Below are positions 16,412 through 27,054 of a stretch of DNA of 64,000 nucleotides, piece by piece. How positions within the stretch are numbered: position 1 is the first letter of the stretch; each line of letters starts with the position of its first letter. The notes beneath the pieces are model-generated. The model made no database searches. It was not told the DNA's origin and worked only from the letters and a program-made list of their open reading frames with translations. The stretch comes from a virus: IMG/VR virus record IMGVR_UViG_3300044800_000286. One strand, given 5' to 3'. The translations under genes and the position numbers were made by a program.

Positions 16412-17131
16412 GTGAAATTAAACCAGAAATTTGGGCGTTTAACGGTTGTGGGGCTTCCTCCGAAGGCTTTAACCCGAGCATACGCAATAGTGAGATGCGA
16501 CTGCGGTAATGAGCGCAGTGTCCGTATTGGAAACCTATTACAGGGCCGCTCGCAAAGTTGTGGATGCTGGCAAAGGGAAAGGACACGTGAAAATAGGCGT
16601 AAGAATTTGCTGGGGCGTAAGTTTGGGAGACTTGTGGTTGTGGGAGATACAGGCAAGCCAGCTAAAACGAACGGCGTACCTTGGAAAGTACGCTGCGAAT
16701 GTGGGACAGAATGTGAAGTTTGCAGCAGCAATTTAGTGACCGGAAATACACAAAGTTGTGGGTGTTTACAGCGAGAAAAGGCCAGACGAGGGTGCCAACC
16801 CGGAGACGCAGCCAAACACAGCATCCTTGAAAAATACAAAAACACCGCCAAACGGAAGGGATACATATGGGCACTAACAAATGACCTGTTTTACACACTC
16901 ATTAGCAAGCCGTGTTACTACTGTGGCAAGGAGCCCAGCGCCAGCCGAGCGGATAAAGATGGTGTGTTACAAGCCAACGGGGTAGATCGCAAGGACAACA
17001 CAAGGGGGTACCTTTTTTCAAATGTTGTTTCGTGCTGCCAATTCTGTCAGTATGCCAAGCGCGATTTGCCCCATGACGACTTCTTATCGCATTTGCAGCG
17101 AGTGGCGGAGTTCAAAATATGGCAAAAGTAG
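16412..17131 (+). CDS. HNH homing endonuclease with two FGRL..CxCG..SCGC repeats
   Basis: CYYCG...NGVDRKDN..GY...NVVSCC. Confidence 0.85.
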   Translation: MKLNQKFGRLTVVGLPPKALTRAYAIVRCDCGNERSVRIGNLLQGRSQSCGCWQRERTRENRRKNLLGRKFGRLVVVGDTGKPAKTNGVPWKVRCECGTECEVCSSNLVTGNTQSCGCLQREKARRGCQPGDAAKHSILEKYKNTAKRKGYIWALTNDLFYTLISKPCYYCGKEPSASRADKDGVLQANGVDRKDNTRGYLFSNVVSCCQFCQYAKRDLPHDDFLSHLQRVAEFKIWQK

Positions 17132-17712
17132 AAGTAAAGCTACTACAGTATGTGTTTGTTTTTCGTGATGTGAAGTGGCGGGAAGAGTTCAAGATCGACG
17201 TAGGGCCTAAGGATGACGACCGCCTGAGGGCGGTACTTTCGCGTGCCCTCACGGAAGTGTCGGGACTGAAGATTTCCTCGCCCGAGGACGCCATGCGCGT
17301 GCTGAAAGCCATCCCTTTGACCGTTATTTACCGTGTTTTCCTGATCTACAAGGGCAGCCTCCCGGCTTCCCGCCTGTTCAAGACCGTCGGTCTCTATAAA
17401 GCCCCGGAACCCAGCAGGATGGTCCGGAGGATACAGGAGGCCGAGGTGGAGCGCGAACGCATCATGGACCGAGTGGAGCAGGAGATGGAGACGAAATTCG
17501 GCCGACAGGAGCTGCTGGAAACCCGCAGGATCGAGCAGGAAATGCTCAGGAATTCCCGAGGACGGGGGCTGACCCCGGCTTCTCCCGAGGGGCTTCCGCC
17601 GACTGCGCCTCCCCCCGCGAACGAAGTCAAGATCGATCCGAAGACGGTCGAAGCCGCCGAGAAAAGGCCGTCCAAGGCCGATCCCAAGAACGCGGTCAGG
17701 AAGTATGTCTAA
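17119..17712 (+). CDS. hypothetical tail-region protein (possible assembly chaperone)
   Basis: Coding bias; position upstream of tape measure. Confidence 0.6.
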   Translation: MAKVEVKLLQYVFVFRDVKWREEFKIDVGPKDDDRLRAVLSRALTEVSGLKISSPEDAMRVLKAIPLTVIYRVFLIYKGSLPASRLFKTVGLYKAPEPSRMVRRIQEAEVERERIMDRVEQEMETKFGRQELLETRRIEQEMLRNSRGRGLTPASPEGLPPTAPPPANEVKIDPKTVEAAEKRPSKADPKNAVRKYV

Positions 17713-18284
17713 TGATTAAACAGCAACAGTTTTACACGTATATGTGGCTTCGTAAAGACGGCACGCCTTATTGCGCCGGGAAGGGCAGTGGGCCAAGGCT
17801 GTTTAGGAACAGGGGTCGCCCGTGCCAAATACCCGATGACCGTTCGCGAATTGTAGTCTTCCCCATGGATTCTGAGGTTTTGGCTTTTGAGTCCGAAAAG
17901 GCTCTCATCGATCTTTTTGGGCGCAAGGACAACGGCACAGGCATTCTCCGCAATAGAACGGACGGAGGTGAAGGCACCTCGGGGTACCGAGTTACTATGG
18001 AGGCCAAAGAAAACTTACGTCGGCACCGTCTCGGCACTAAAGCATCCGCCAAAACCAGAGAGAAAATGTCCAAACAACGGAAAGGAAAAAAGACAACATT
18101 CGCGCCCCTTCCAAGATTCGGCGAAGAGAACTCGATGTTTGGCAAACACCACTCAACGGAAACTCGCAATCGAATGAGTGAATCTCAAAAAAAGGCTTGG
18201 AATAAGTCAAAAGCCAGACGGGCCGCCCAGTCTGAGTTAATGCGGCTCCTTAATGCCCGCCGCTGGTCAAGGGAGGAATTATGA
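17712..18284 (+). CDS. GIY-YIG-like/NUMOD3 homing endonuclease
   Basis: FYTY..PYCAGKG..R, E..LI, GILRNRTDGGEG, NUMOD3 HSTETRNRMS. Confidence 0.85.
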   Translation: MIKQQQFYTYMWLRKDGTPYCAGKGSGPRLFRNRGRPCQIPDDRSRIVVFPMDSEVLAFESEKALIDLFGRKDNGTGILRNRTDGGEGTSGYRVTMEAKENLRRHRLGTKASAKTREKMSKQRKGKKTTFAPLPRFGEENSMFGKHHSTETRNRMSESQKKAWNKSKARRAAQSELMRLLNARRWSREEL

Positions 18285-19348
18285 GCCTTGGGGCGGAGTT
18301 AATGAATCGAATCCACAGCGGCGAGTTGCAGAAGGCCCCGATAGAAGAGATCGAGCGGGTCAAGAAAGAGATCGTTGACAATTGCGAGGAGCTTGTCGAG
18401 GTGGGAGCCCGGATACGCCCGCTGCTCGTCGATGGCGGCCAAGTCGGCTGGGTCCGCGGCTTGCACCCGCAGGAGCGCCTCGCCCTGAAGCGGTGGATCA
18501 AGGACCCCAGCGACTTCATCCTGAACTCCCTCCTGCTGTCCACGTCCTTCGCCGCAAAGGAGATCGAGGGCATGTCCGCTGCGGAAATCCGCTCGCTCGC
18601 CGAGGTCGTGAAGCGCATGAGCGAATACGATGTATCGCTTTACCCGTATTTGTCGGCTTATGTGACGACGCAATCCTCCGAGAACCTGTGGTTCGGCAAG
18701 GGCGAGAGGCTGACTTCGTATGAGAACAAGATCGTCAGCATGCCGGACGGCAAGCAGGTGAAGATCATGGCACCGCCCAACCACGCCAGGGCTTGGGCCA
18801 GTTTGTGCACGTACCGGGAGCAGGCGAAGCGCAGGCTGGAGGAGAACTTCAACTCGCTGTTCATCGTCCGCCCGTGGGCCGGAAGGTCCGCCGACCCCAT
18901 CGGCAACGAGCTAAAGGGCGTGGCACGCTCGCTGGAGACCGATTCGATGGAGCCGTGGGAAAAAATCGTGTCCGCCACGGTGGCTGCCCATGATGCGGGC
19001 GACGGATGGGCGCATGCGGGAGACAGCATCACCGACCTGAAACGGGAACTCAAGGGCATGCTGGAAGGCGACAAGCACGAGCGCCTCATGGACGCTTGGC
19101 AGAGGCAGATGGAAGCCGAGGCGGAGGCGCAGAAGCGCAAGCTTGAGAAGCTGCGGAAGGAGCGGGGCACCGACAAGCCCGGCATCGTGGACGAGCGGTA
19201 CGAGATTTTCACGGAAGCGCAAATCAGGGCTCGGCAGCAGGCCTTGCGGTTGGGCAGGAAGCCGCTGCCGGGTGCGACGAAGGTGCGGGACGATTTCGAG
19301 TTCGACCCGATCAACCTGCACTTGGAGAAGATGCGGAAGTACCGTTAG
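18281..19348 (+). CDS. hypothetical tail-region protein
   Basis: GGAGG RBS; strong coding bias. Confidence 0.7.
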   Translation: MSLGAELMNRIHSGELQKAPIEEIERVKKEIVDNCEELVEVGARIRPLLVDGGQVGWVRGLHPQERLALKRWIKDPSDFILNSLLLSTSFAAKEIEGMSAAEIRSLAEVVKRMSEYDVSLYPYLSAYVTTQSSENLWFGKGERLTSYENKIVSMPDGKQVKIMAPPNHARAWASLCTYREQAKRRLEENFNSLFIVRPWAGRSADPIGNELKGVARSLETDSMEPWEKIVSATVAAHDAGDGWAHAGDSITDLKRELKGMLEGDKHERLMDAWQRQMEAEAEAQKRKLEKLRKERGTDKPGIVDERYEIFTEAQIRARQQALRLGRKPLPGATKVRDDFEFDPINLHLEKMRKYR

Positions 19349-19995
19349 GAGGACCGATACATCGGCCACCGATAAAGTGGTGTGCTCCTGTACATGTTTA
19401 ACGCCTCCCCCTGCATTTCAATCCATCGGCAAGACGCATCGTGATACGCAGTGAGTGTCGTCCAATCGTTTTGGTTATCGCCACCGATTGCCGGAACCTG
19501 TTTTTGGCAAAAAGCGCATTTTCCTAGACACATTTTGCTGAGATCAGCCTTCGGAGAAGCAAGGGTTTCCACGCTCCTTTTGCACCAGAGTACGTACCGG
19601 GCATCTATCAAGTCCTCAAGGTCAAGCTCTCTCTCTGTTGCAACGGCTGCTAGGTCATGGATGTTGATGTCATCTAGGCCTTCTGCGTGGAGTTCTTCTG
19701 CGACTTCTTTTGCACGCAGCTTTTCTGCTTCTCTTTCCTTGAGGCGTTTTGAAACCACCCAGATGATTATGCCGAGCAGCGGAATCCATACGGGGGAGAG
19801 AAGAATAATAGCCCACTTCGCCAGGATGATCTCATCAGGACTCATAATGGGCTCGCCCGTAAGCATCCACTTGATGAGACAGACGATGAAGACGATAGGC
19901 GCGACGATGATGAACAGGAGAATCTGCAACCAAGCCTTGACGAAGCGGAACGGCGCTGCTATCAGGTGGATGTCTTGTTCTGTTTGCGGGTTCAT
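19345..19995 (-). CDS. membrane protein (2 TM) with C-terminal Cys/His motif
   Basis: Two hydrophobic segments; CxxC...HxxxC. Confidence 0.7.
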   Translation of the reverse strand: MNPQTEQDIHLIAAPFRFVKAWLQILLFIIVAPIVFIVCLIKWMLTGEPIMSPDEIILAKWAIILLSPVWIPLLGIIIWVVSKRLKEREAEKLRAKEVAEELHAEGLDDINIHDLAAVATERELDLEDLIDARYVLWCKRSVETLASPKADLSKMCLGKCAFCQKQVPAIGGDNQNDWTTLTAYHDASCRWIEMQGEALNMYRSTPLYRWPMYRSS

Positions 19996-19996
19996 T

Positions 19997-20191
19997 TTAC
20001 TTTCTCCCCGCCATGCCGACTAGGCGGTTTCCGGTTCCGATCTTGCTGCCGCCGGGCGTGTATGTGGCATTCGTGTTGGGATCGTAGTAGGCCTTTTGGT
20101 TGCCGGAGTTGCTAGTCAGCACTTCTCGGTCTCCGGCCAACTTGCGAATAACCCCTTCGGGTTTCCCGTTTCTGTCCTTGATGATCTCCAT
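19997..20191 (-). CDS. small hypothetical protein
   Basis: GGAGG RBS after a repeated promoter. Confidence 0.65.
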   Translation of the reverse strand: MEIIKDRNGKPEGVIRKLAGDREVLTSNSGNQKAYYDPNTNATYTPGGSKIGTGNRLVGMAGRK

Positions 20192-20339
20192 GGTGTCTGC
20201 CTCCACCCCTAGTATACAGCGCTGGGGGGAAAACAGCTATCTGTATAGTGTTGAAAACAAAGGCAATACAATATATTTCGCAGCACGTACAACGAAATCG
20301 GCTTTTTCGCCTGCGAGACCGATTAACAGGAAGGGACAT

Positions 20340-20990
20340 ATGGAAGACAAAGACTCAGTGCAAACAGCCAAGGAAGAGATGGAAGTGATCGCCCCCTCGG
20401 GCGACGGGGAAGCGGTCCCCCAATCTATTGAAGAAGTGATCGCCGGGCTCAAAGGCTTCGGTATCGAGGAGCTGGAGGAAATCCTCACGCTCCGGTCGAA
20501 GGGCAAGACGGTGCGCCTGAAGATTTCGAACATCCCAACCTCGGACGAGATGCTCTCGATTCAGGCGTCGGATGAATTCAAGGGTTACCTATGGGTCAAG
20601 CGGGTGAAGGCTGAAATCCTTTCTCGCGCCATTAGCTGGATCGACGGGATCGACATCCGCAAGCTCCCCCCGGAGAAGCGGTTCGTCGCCGATCCGACCG
20701 ACCCGCAGAAGTCCGTGCGCGATTTGCAGGTGGTGTTCCGCAACCTGATCCTGAGTTGGGGTCAGGAAGTGATGGAGCTCCTCTGGAAGGTCGTGATGAC
20801 GCACGCGCAGAACATCGAGGACCGTCTCAGGAAGGAATTTCCCGACAGCACCGTCATGACCGAGATCGAGAAACGTCTCTTCGAGAACGCCGCGCAGCAA
20901 ATCGAAGCGGCCAGCCAAGCGATCATCGACGAATCGGTCGCCGAGCTTTATGACTCAGTGACGATGAAGCCCGAGGCCGAGACGAAGTAA
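20340..20990 (+). CDS. putative tail assembly chaperone
   Basis: Acidic helical protein immediately before tape measure. Confidence 0.6.
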   Translation: MEDKDSVQTAKEEMEVIAPSGDGEAVPQSIEEVIAGLKGFGIEELEEILTLRSKGKTVRLKISNIPTSDEMLSIQASDEFKGYLWVKRVKAEILSRAISWIDGIDIRKLPPEKRFVADPTDPQKSVRDLQVVFRNLILSWGQEVMELLWKVVMTHAQNIEDRLRKEFPDSTVMTEIEKRLFENAAQQIEAASQAIIDESVAELYDSVTMKPEAETK

Positions 20991-20995
20991 CCTAA

Positions 20996-23900
20996 ATGCC
21001 AAACGTACCCAACATCCCGCAAGGCGTATCCGAGCAGCAGCCGCAAGCCAACCAGCAGCTAAACGAGGCTGTGTCTACCATGTCCCAGATGGCCAAGGAC
21101 AACAAAGCCCTGCTCGTGGCTTTGGACGAGATACTCCAGAAGACGCCTTCGTACGCGCAGCACGCCGCGCGGGAATTCGAGAACCTCTCGTTTGAACTGA
21201 AAGCTTCGCTTGAGTACTTGACGGACGCGAAAGAAGCGATGCAGGCCATCCAGTCGTTTGCCCGCAAGACCAAGGGCGGCATGTTCGACACGAAGAGCTT
21301 GGACCGTGCCTCGAAAATCGTAGAGGAAATCAAAGCAGGCCAAGAGAAAGTACTGAAACTCACTGGCAAGAACACAGATGAGTACAAGAAAGCCGGGCGC
21401 GCTTTGGAGCAGCTTACGCGCTGGCAAAAGGAGAACGAAAAATCCATCGACGCGAGCGGAAAAGCCATCGAGATGAACACCGAGCAAATGAAGAAATTCT
21501 CCAAGATGGTTGAAGAAACGGTTGGGAACTGGAACAACTTGAACCGCAGCTTGCGCAGCACGAATATCGGCCACATGACCCGGCAAGTCCACAGCATGTC
21601 CAAGGCTTTTGCGGAGATCGGTATCGGCAAGGGCTTCGCCGCAAGGATGGATAAATACGCGGCCGGGGCGGAGATCAAAGGCCGAGTTGCTGAGTATAAA
21701 AAGGCCCGTGTTGACGGAAACATCGCCGCAGCCCAAGAGAAAAAAGTTCAAGCCCAAGAATGGGTCAGACAAAACGCTGGACGCCTGAAGCTTGAGGGAC
21801 CGCTGGATTTCGCTAAAGGCCCAGCGCGCGAGGCAGTCGCCGAGCGAATGGGGCTTGGCGGAGCAGCAAGAAAAGTGTTTCTTAGTGGTGTAGGTGGCGA
21901 AGATGAGGCGTTCAAGCATGGCGGAGGCGGCATGCTCAAGACCGGAGCTTCTATGGTTGCCGGAGCCGTGGAAGGCGGAGTCGGCGAAGCCGCCGGGGGG
22001 TTGGCCGCAGCCGCTCTCCCGCTCGCCGCCGCGGCGGGCGTCATAGAGCTTCTCCGCGAGGGCTTCGACAAGCAGGCCCAGCAGAACAAGGACATGGAAT
22101 CCTCCCTCGGCAAGGCGGGGTTGTTCGCCCAGCCGGGCATCGCGGGATTCGACGAAGCCCGCCACAATCTCACGCCCGCAACCCCTTTCACGCGTCTCGG
22201 ATTGAGCTTTGATCGCAACGTCAAGATCGCCCAAGCGCTGCAAGAGGGCGGTGTCGGCATGCGTGAGCTTGTTACAGGCGAAGGCGGCAGGCCAGCGGCC
22301 GAGGGAGTCGAAGGCGGGGAAGATTTCGGCGTCGGCGGGTTCGGGCGCTACCAACGGATCGCCGTGGGCGCGGGGCGCGTGGCGGGAATGACCGATGTGG
22401 AGGGCATCAAGGAAACCGTAAAGCTCGCGGACCAATACGCGCAAACCTTGTCGCAGAGCGAGGACTTTTTCATCAGGGTAGCCAAGGCCTCCTCTGCCGC
22501 CGGGTTGTCCACCACAAAATACATCGAAATCGTAGATGAAATCACCAACGCCTTCGGCCGCATGAACAAGGGGCTCGACGGAGCCTTGGGGGCGCTTGCG
22601 GAAATGAGCAAGACCGGGCGCTTCGGTGCAGAGGACTTGAAATCGTACATGAATTTCTTGACGGCTGGCGGTCCCGCCAAGGGCATGCAAGCGCTGCCGA
22701 TGAACACCTTCCTTTTGCAGCACATGCCCGCGCTCAGGGAAAACATCCAGTCGGGCGCTACAGCGGACCTGACCCAAACCCTTGCAGCCGCAAGGGGAGA
22801 ACTCGGTCCCATGGCGGACAAGTTACCTGGGCTAGAGCAATTACAGGGGCCTGACGCCCAAAAGACCCTCAATCAATTGGAAGACGCTTTGACCCCGTGG
22901 TTGAACACCCTGAGCGAAAGCGACAGGAGCAGCAGGGAAAAAGCCATCACGCTCCTGCGCATGTCGACGATGCGCTATGCCGGAGCCCAAAGCCCCACCG
23001 CCCTCGGCTTGGCTTCCGGCTTGAACTACGGTCAGACCCCGGCCGGACTGGCGGCAAGAAACGAAGCGGCAGCGGAAATGGTGATGCGGATAGCTAAGAC
23101 GACACCGGAAGAGTTTATGAGGAAGGGAGGGGCGCAGGGGCTTTCTGACGAGCAGAGGCTTAGAATGACGGCCGCCCTGCAAATACCGGGATTCGAGGGC
23201 TTCACCGAACAGACCATGAATGACATAGCCTTGCAGCGCCCCAAGCTCGTGCCGGGAATGCTCGCAGGCATGGAAGGGGCGATGGGGGAGACCGACAACC
23301 AGAAGAGAAACGATTACATCATGCTGTCTAGGACGCTCTTGAAGGAAGCCAAAAAGTTTCCCGACGGGCTGAAGATGACCATGAAGAACGGAAAGGTCGG
23401 ACTCGCCGACAAGGACATAGACGCGCTGACACCCGACGAGGTAGTAGACGCCATCAAGGAGAACCACACCTATCTGGCTGGCATTGCCGCCAACACCGAT
23501 ACCACCGGCGAATACAGCGTAAAAATGTTCCAATGGAACCAGACGGTGGACAATAAAGACCGGTCCGAGGCGATGGAGAAGGCGCGCATGGCGGGCTTGC
23601 GCACGCAGACGACCGGGGACATAATCGCCAACGCGTTCAGCAAGTGGTTCAACGACCTCATCAGCATAACAACCAAGATCATGGACCGGATCACGGGCAC
23701 CAGCCCGGGGTCCAGGGCGGCAGCCCAAGCGGCAATAAGCACGCCCGAATTCCACAAGAAACTGATCGCAGCCACGGAAAGCCTGGACAAGCAGGCAAAC
23801 GAGCAAATGAAAGCCATGGATTCGGCCAAAACCGCCGACGAAAGGGAGGCAGCATCGGTCAGGCTCGAAGCCATACAGAGGAAACGACGGGGCTTGGAAA

Positions 23901-24412
23901 CCACGCCCCAAAACGCGGCGGATGTGAAAACCCTTTCCGATTCCATAGACGGTATCTTGCAAAAGTACACGGGTGCCGGAAAGCCGATCACGGCCGGGGA
24001 CATCGGCGAGGAAGGCAGGATGTATCAGCTATATGCCGCCGCCGCCAAAAGCAACCAAGCCGTTACCGAGACGCTCCAGCGGAACGCCGGAGGGGTCATG
24101 GCCAACCTGATGGCCGCCGGGGGAACGGCGGACATGACTAAGGGCTCGGTCACCTACTCCTTGGCGGATTTCGATAAGAGCGCCAGCAAGTTGAACTCGC
24201 TGGTTCAGTCTGGCGCTGCGTGGAAGACAGAAGATAAGCAAGCGGGTACTATCACGCTCACAACTAACTACTACTTGGCGGAGGTCACCCAGAGGCAGGA
24301 AGCGCAAAACAGTGTGACCGGTAGCGGGGCAGGCGAAAATCCCAACACCATCACGGGAAGGCCAGCCAGGCGTCTGGGGCCGCACGGAATTGCGATGGGC
24401 GGTAACCAATAA
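20996..24412 (+). CDS. tail tape measure protein
   Basis: 1138 aa, Ala/Gly-rich helical, central hydrophobic segment, synteny. Confidence 0.75.
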   Translation: MPNVPNIPQGVSEQQPQANQQLNEAVSTMSQMAKDNKALLVALDEILQKTPSYAQHAAREFENLSFELKASLEYLTDAKEAMQAIQSFARKTKGGMFDTKSLDRASKIVEEIKAGQEKVLKLTGKNTDEYKKAGRALEQLTRWQKENEKSIDASGKAIEMNTEQMKKFSKMVEETVGNWNNLNRSLRSTNIGHMTRQVHSMSKAFAEIGIGKGFAARMDKYAAGAEIKGRVAEYKKARVDGNIAAAQEKKVQAQEWVRQNAGRLKLEGPLDFAKGPAREAVAERMGLGGAARKVFLSGVGGEDEAFKHGGGGMLKTGASMVAGAVEGGVGEAAGGLAAAALPLAAAAGVIELLREGFDKQAQQNKDMESSLGKAGLFAQPGIAGFDEARHNLTPATPFTRLGLSFDRNVKIAQALQEGGVGMRELVTGEGGRPAAEGVEGGEDFGVGGFGRYQRIAVGAGRVAGMTDVEGIKETVKLADQYAQTLSQSEDFFIRVAKASSAAGLSTTKYIEIVDEITNAFGRMNKGLDGALGALAEMSKTGRFGAEDLKSYMNFLTAGGPAKGMQALPMNTFLLQHMPALRENIQSGATADLTQTLAAARGELGPMADKLPGLEQLQGPDAQKTLNQLEDALTPWLNTLSESDRSSREKAITLLRMSTMRYAGAQSPTALGLASGLNYGQTPAGLAARNEAAAEMVMRIAKTTPEEFMRKGGAQGLSDEQRLRMTAALQIPGFEGFTEQTMNDIALQRPKLVPGMLAGMEGAMGETDNQKRNDYIMLSRTLLKEAKKFPDGLKMTMKNGKVGLADKDIDALTPDEVVDAIKENHTYLAGIAANTDTTGEYSVKMFQWNQTVDNKDRSEAMEKARMAGLRTQTTGDIIANAFSKWFNDLISITTKIMDRITGTSPGSRAAAQAAISTPEFHKKLIAATESLDKQANEQMKAMDSAKTADEREAASVRLEAIQRKRRGLETTPQNAADVKTLSDSIDGILQKYTGAGKPITAGDIGEEGRMYQLYAAAAKSNQAVTETLQRNAGGVMANLMAAGGTADMTKGSVTYSLADFDKSASKLNSLVQSGAAWKTEDKQAGTITLTTNYYLAEVTQRQEAQNSVTGSGAGENPNTITGRPARRLGPHGIAMGGNQ

Positions 24413-25923
24413 TGCCTGTTACAACGATCAACCTTCCTTCATCCGTGTCGCAGAGTTTGCAGTCGTTTGCGAATCAATACGGGCTCGACTCGAACGTCGT
24501 ACAGGCGGTCGCCCAAGTCGAATCAAGCGGGAACCAGTACGACCGATCCGGTGCACCCTTGACATCCCCCGCTGGCGCAGTGGGAATCATGCAGGTGGAG
24601 CCGAGCACATTCAACGGCCTCACCGCGCCCGCAGGACAGGTTTTCCAATCGACCGGGCTTCCGTATTTCACGGACATCAACGACCCGCAGCAGAACATGG
24701 AGGCGGGCACGTACTACTTGTCCCAGCAGTACAGCACATACGGGAACTATCCGACCGCCTTGGCGGCATACAGCGCCGGGCCGGGCGCTGTCAACAAATA
24801 CGGCGGCATCCCGCCGTACAACGAGACGCAAAACTATGTTTACAACGTCTCCAAGCTGGCGGCAAACGCAGGGAGCACATCGGACACGCTCGCCTCGCCA
24901 GCGCTGCAAAACACCATGAACTCGGCGGGGCAGGCCACGTCCCCCGCATCGACTTCCGCGCAGTTGCTGGCTCCCGCGCCGCCGCCCGATTCCCAAGAGC
25001 CTGTCGTCACGGCGCTCCAGATCGCCGACAGCAGCCTGAGCGCGACCGCTTGGTACGACGACACGACTTTGGTCACCGGGAATTCCCGCATCCGCAAGAC
25101 GGTGCAGCCCGTGGCGTTCAAGATTTACCTGAACCAGCAGACGGGGGAGTTCCTGAAGAACCCGGCGAATACCGGCCAGCCCATAGTCCTGCAACTGAAC
25201 ACGGGGCTGCAAACTCTCGAAATTATGAGCAAGCATGTCTACGTCCGCACGCCGTCCCGCACCGGGCAGCACGTGACGTTCTGGGGCATGCAGCCGGACC
25301 TTATCAGCGGCACGGGCAGCACGGGCGTGTTCATGAACCAGTACGGCTTGACCGACTGGTTCAGCGTCGCCAGCATACCGTCCGATGTCACCACCCTTGT
25401 TACTCAGGCGTTCACGACCGGAAAGGGAAAAACCGTGGGGGACTACGCTCAGGACTTGGCGCTCATCGCCCAGCCCAACGCCATGCGGGTGGCGGCTCAG
25501 GACTGCTTCGTGGAATTCCTGAAGATGTTCCAGATGAACGGCAACGTCTGGTTCTACAACCCGAACTATGCGAGCTATCACACGGGGCAGCAGCAAACCA
25601 GTACGACGACTTGGTCAACGCAAACAGGACTCAGCACGTTCCAGCAGAACGCCCGGAACAACGACGTGTTCAGTCGCGGCTGGGTGGCCATGGAATTCAA
25701 GAACAACGTCTATCTTGGCTATTTCAAGGCCCTAAGCTGGAACCAAGACGCAGAAAAACCTTTTAGTTGGTCTTTTAACTTTGTATTTCAAGTAGAAAGG
25801 ACGTTTACAGCGCTGTATGTTCCTACGCCGATTACTTCTCAGCCGCAACAGACGACTTCGAGCAGCCTGCCGAGCACCTTGCAGGCAGCCGGACCCGCAA
25901 CAAGCGAGGGCACATACGGATAA
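24412..25923 (+). CDS. SLT lytic transglycosylase fused to tail tube initiator-like domain
   Basis: VESS, SPAGAVGIMQ, ALAAYSAGPGAV, ETQNYV; C-terminal YLGYF..W..DAEKPF. Confidence 0.85.
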   Translation: MPVTTINLPSSVSQSLQSFANQYGLDSNVVQAVAQVESSGNQYDRSGAPLTSPAGAVGIMQVEPSTFNGLTAPAGQVFQSTGLPYFTDINDPQQNMEAGTYYLSQQYSTYGNYPTALAAYSAGPGAVNKYGGIPPYNETQNYVYNVSKLAANAGSTSDTLASPALQNTMNSAGQATSPASTSAQLLAPAPPPDSQEPVVTALQIADSSLSATAWYDDTTLVTGNSRIRKTVQPVAFKIYLNQQTGEFLKNPANTGQPIVLQLNTGLQTLEIMSKHVYVRTPSRTGQHVTFWGMQPDLISGTGSTGVFMNQYGLTDWFSVASIPSDVTTLVTQAFTTGKGKTVGDYAQDLALIAQPNAMRVAAQDCFVEFLKMFQMNGNVWFYNPNYASYHTGQQQTSTTTWSTQTGLSTFQQNARNNDVFSRGWVAMEFKNNVYLGYFKALSWNQDAEKPFSWSFNFVFQVERTFTALYVPTPITSQPQQTTSSSLPSTLQAAGPATSEGTYG

Positions 25924-25926
25924 ACC

Positions 25927-27054
25927 ATGGCAAACCAGCCCGCTAATGATATCAGCGACGTAAGGCCGAGCGGCGTGAATGACAACGCTACCGTATCGCC
26001 CACGCAGATTCCCATCCGCGGCGAGAAACGGATCATCCCCACCCCGGTGAACCCGGCGGGCGAGGCGACCCAGTTTCAGAGCGCATGGACCGCCGGTGGA
26101 CAGCAGTCTCCGGACCAGAAAGGGTATGCTCCGGGCTCGACACGCACAGCCCTTGTTGAGCAAAGCGACTTCTACGTCGCGGCGGCCATGGAGCCATACA
26201 TCGACTACGTGATCATCCGGCTCCAGAACCGGGGGTCCACCTCTGCGAACCAGCAGACTAGCAATAACGTCCCGGCGGTGTACAGGTTCCTCATCAATCC
26301 CGCGCAGGTGGCAATTTCGCGCACGACCCTCGACGGGCAGGCGATGACCCGCGCCGGATGGCAGATCGGCGTATGGGGCGAGGACTCCGTCAATGTCAAC
26401 CTGAGCGGCAAGACGGCCGGGCAGTATTTCGCCTTCGGCATCACGGACAAGTACCAGCAATTCTCGGAATCGTACCGCAACCTTGAGCAGCTTCAGATGG
26501 TATTCGAGAACAACGGCTACTGGTTCGAGGGCGAGCAGGTAGCCGAGGGTCCGCTGGCGGCGGACTTTGCACGCCGCAGGATCAAGATGCACGCGGACGT
26601 GGAGCTTATCGTCGGGAACTTCGACTGGTTCGGCATGTTCGACACCCTGACGATCACCCAGAACGCCGACGAGCCGTGGCTGGCGTCGTTCAACATCCAA
26701 TTCGTAGCATGGATCGAGCGGTTCCGCAGCGGCTCCCCGTACCAGAACCAGCTTTCGAGCGGTGTACAAAGGGGGCATTCCTACGCCGCTTGGTTGTCTT
26801 CGACAGCTAGCTCCTCGCAGGGGATTCCGGCGAACGCCGCTACCCCGGCACAGTACTTGCCTCCGACCCAGCCTGAACCAGTACAGCCATCGGCTACGGT
26901 TGTGTCTCCGGCGATACAGGTCGAGACCCAGAACGCTTTGCTGCCGAGTCTTGACACGACCACGGTGGATTCGTCGCCCATAATGAATACGGTGTACCAG
27001 ACGGGGCTGTTCGCTCCTACGTCTCCGCCCCCGCCACCAACCGGAGGTGGCTAA
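25927..27054 (+). CDS. baseplate/tail tube initiator-like protein
   Basis: FLINP..TRAGW...WGED...SGKTAG; paralogous to the C-terminal domain of the preceding gene. Confidence 0.65.
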   Translation: MANQPANDISDVRPSGVNDNATVSPTQIPIRGEKRIIPTPVNPAGEATQFQSAWTAGGQQSPDQKGYAPGSTRTALVEQSDFYVAAAMEPYIDYVIIRLQNRGSTSANQQTSNNVPAVYRFLINPAQVAISRTTLDGQAMTRAGWQIGVWGEDSVNVNLSGKTAGQYFAFGITDKYQQFSESYRNLEQLQMVFENNGYWFEGEQVAEGPLAADFARRRIKMHADVELIVGNFDWFGMFDTLTITQNADEPWLASFNIQFVAWIERFRSGSPYQNQLSSGVQRGHSYAAWLSSTASSSQGIPANAATPAQYLPPTQPEPVQPSATVVSPAIQVETQNALLPSLDTTTVDSSPIMNTVYQTGLFAPTSPPPPPTGGG

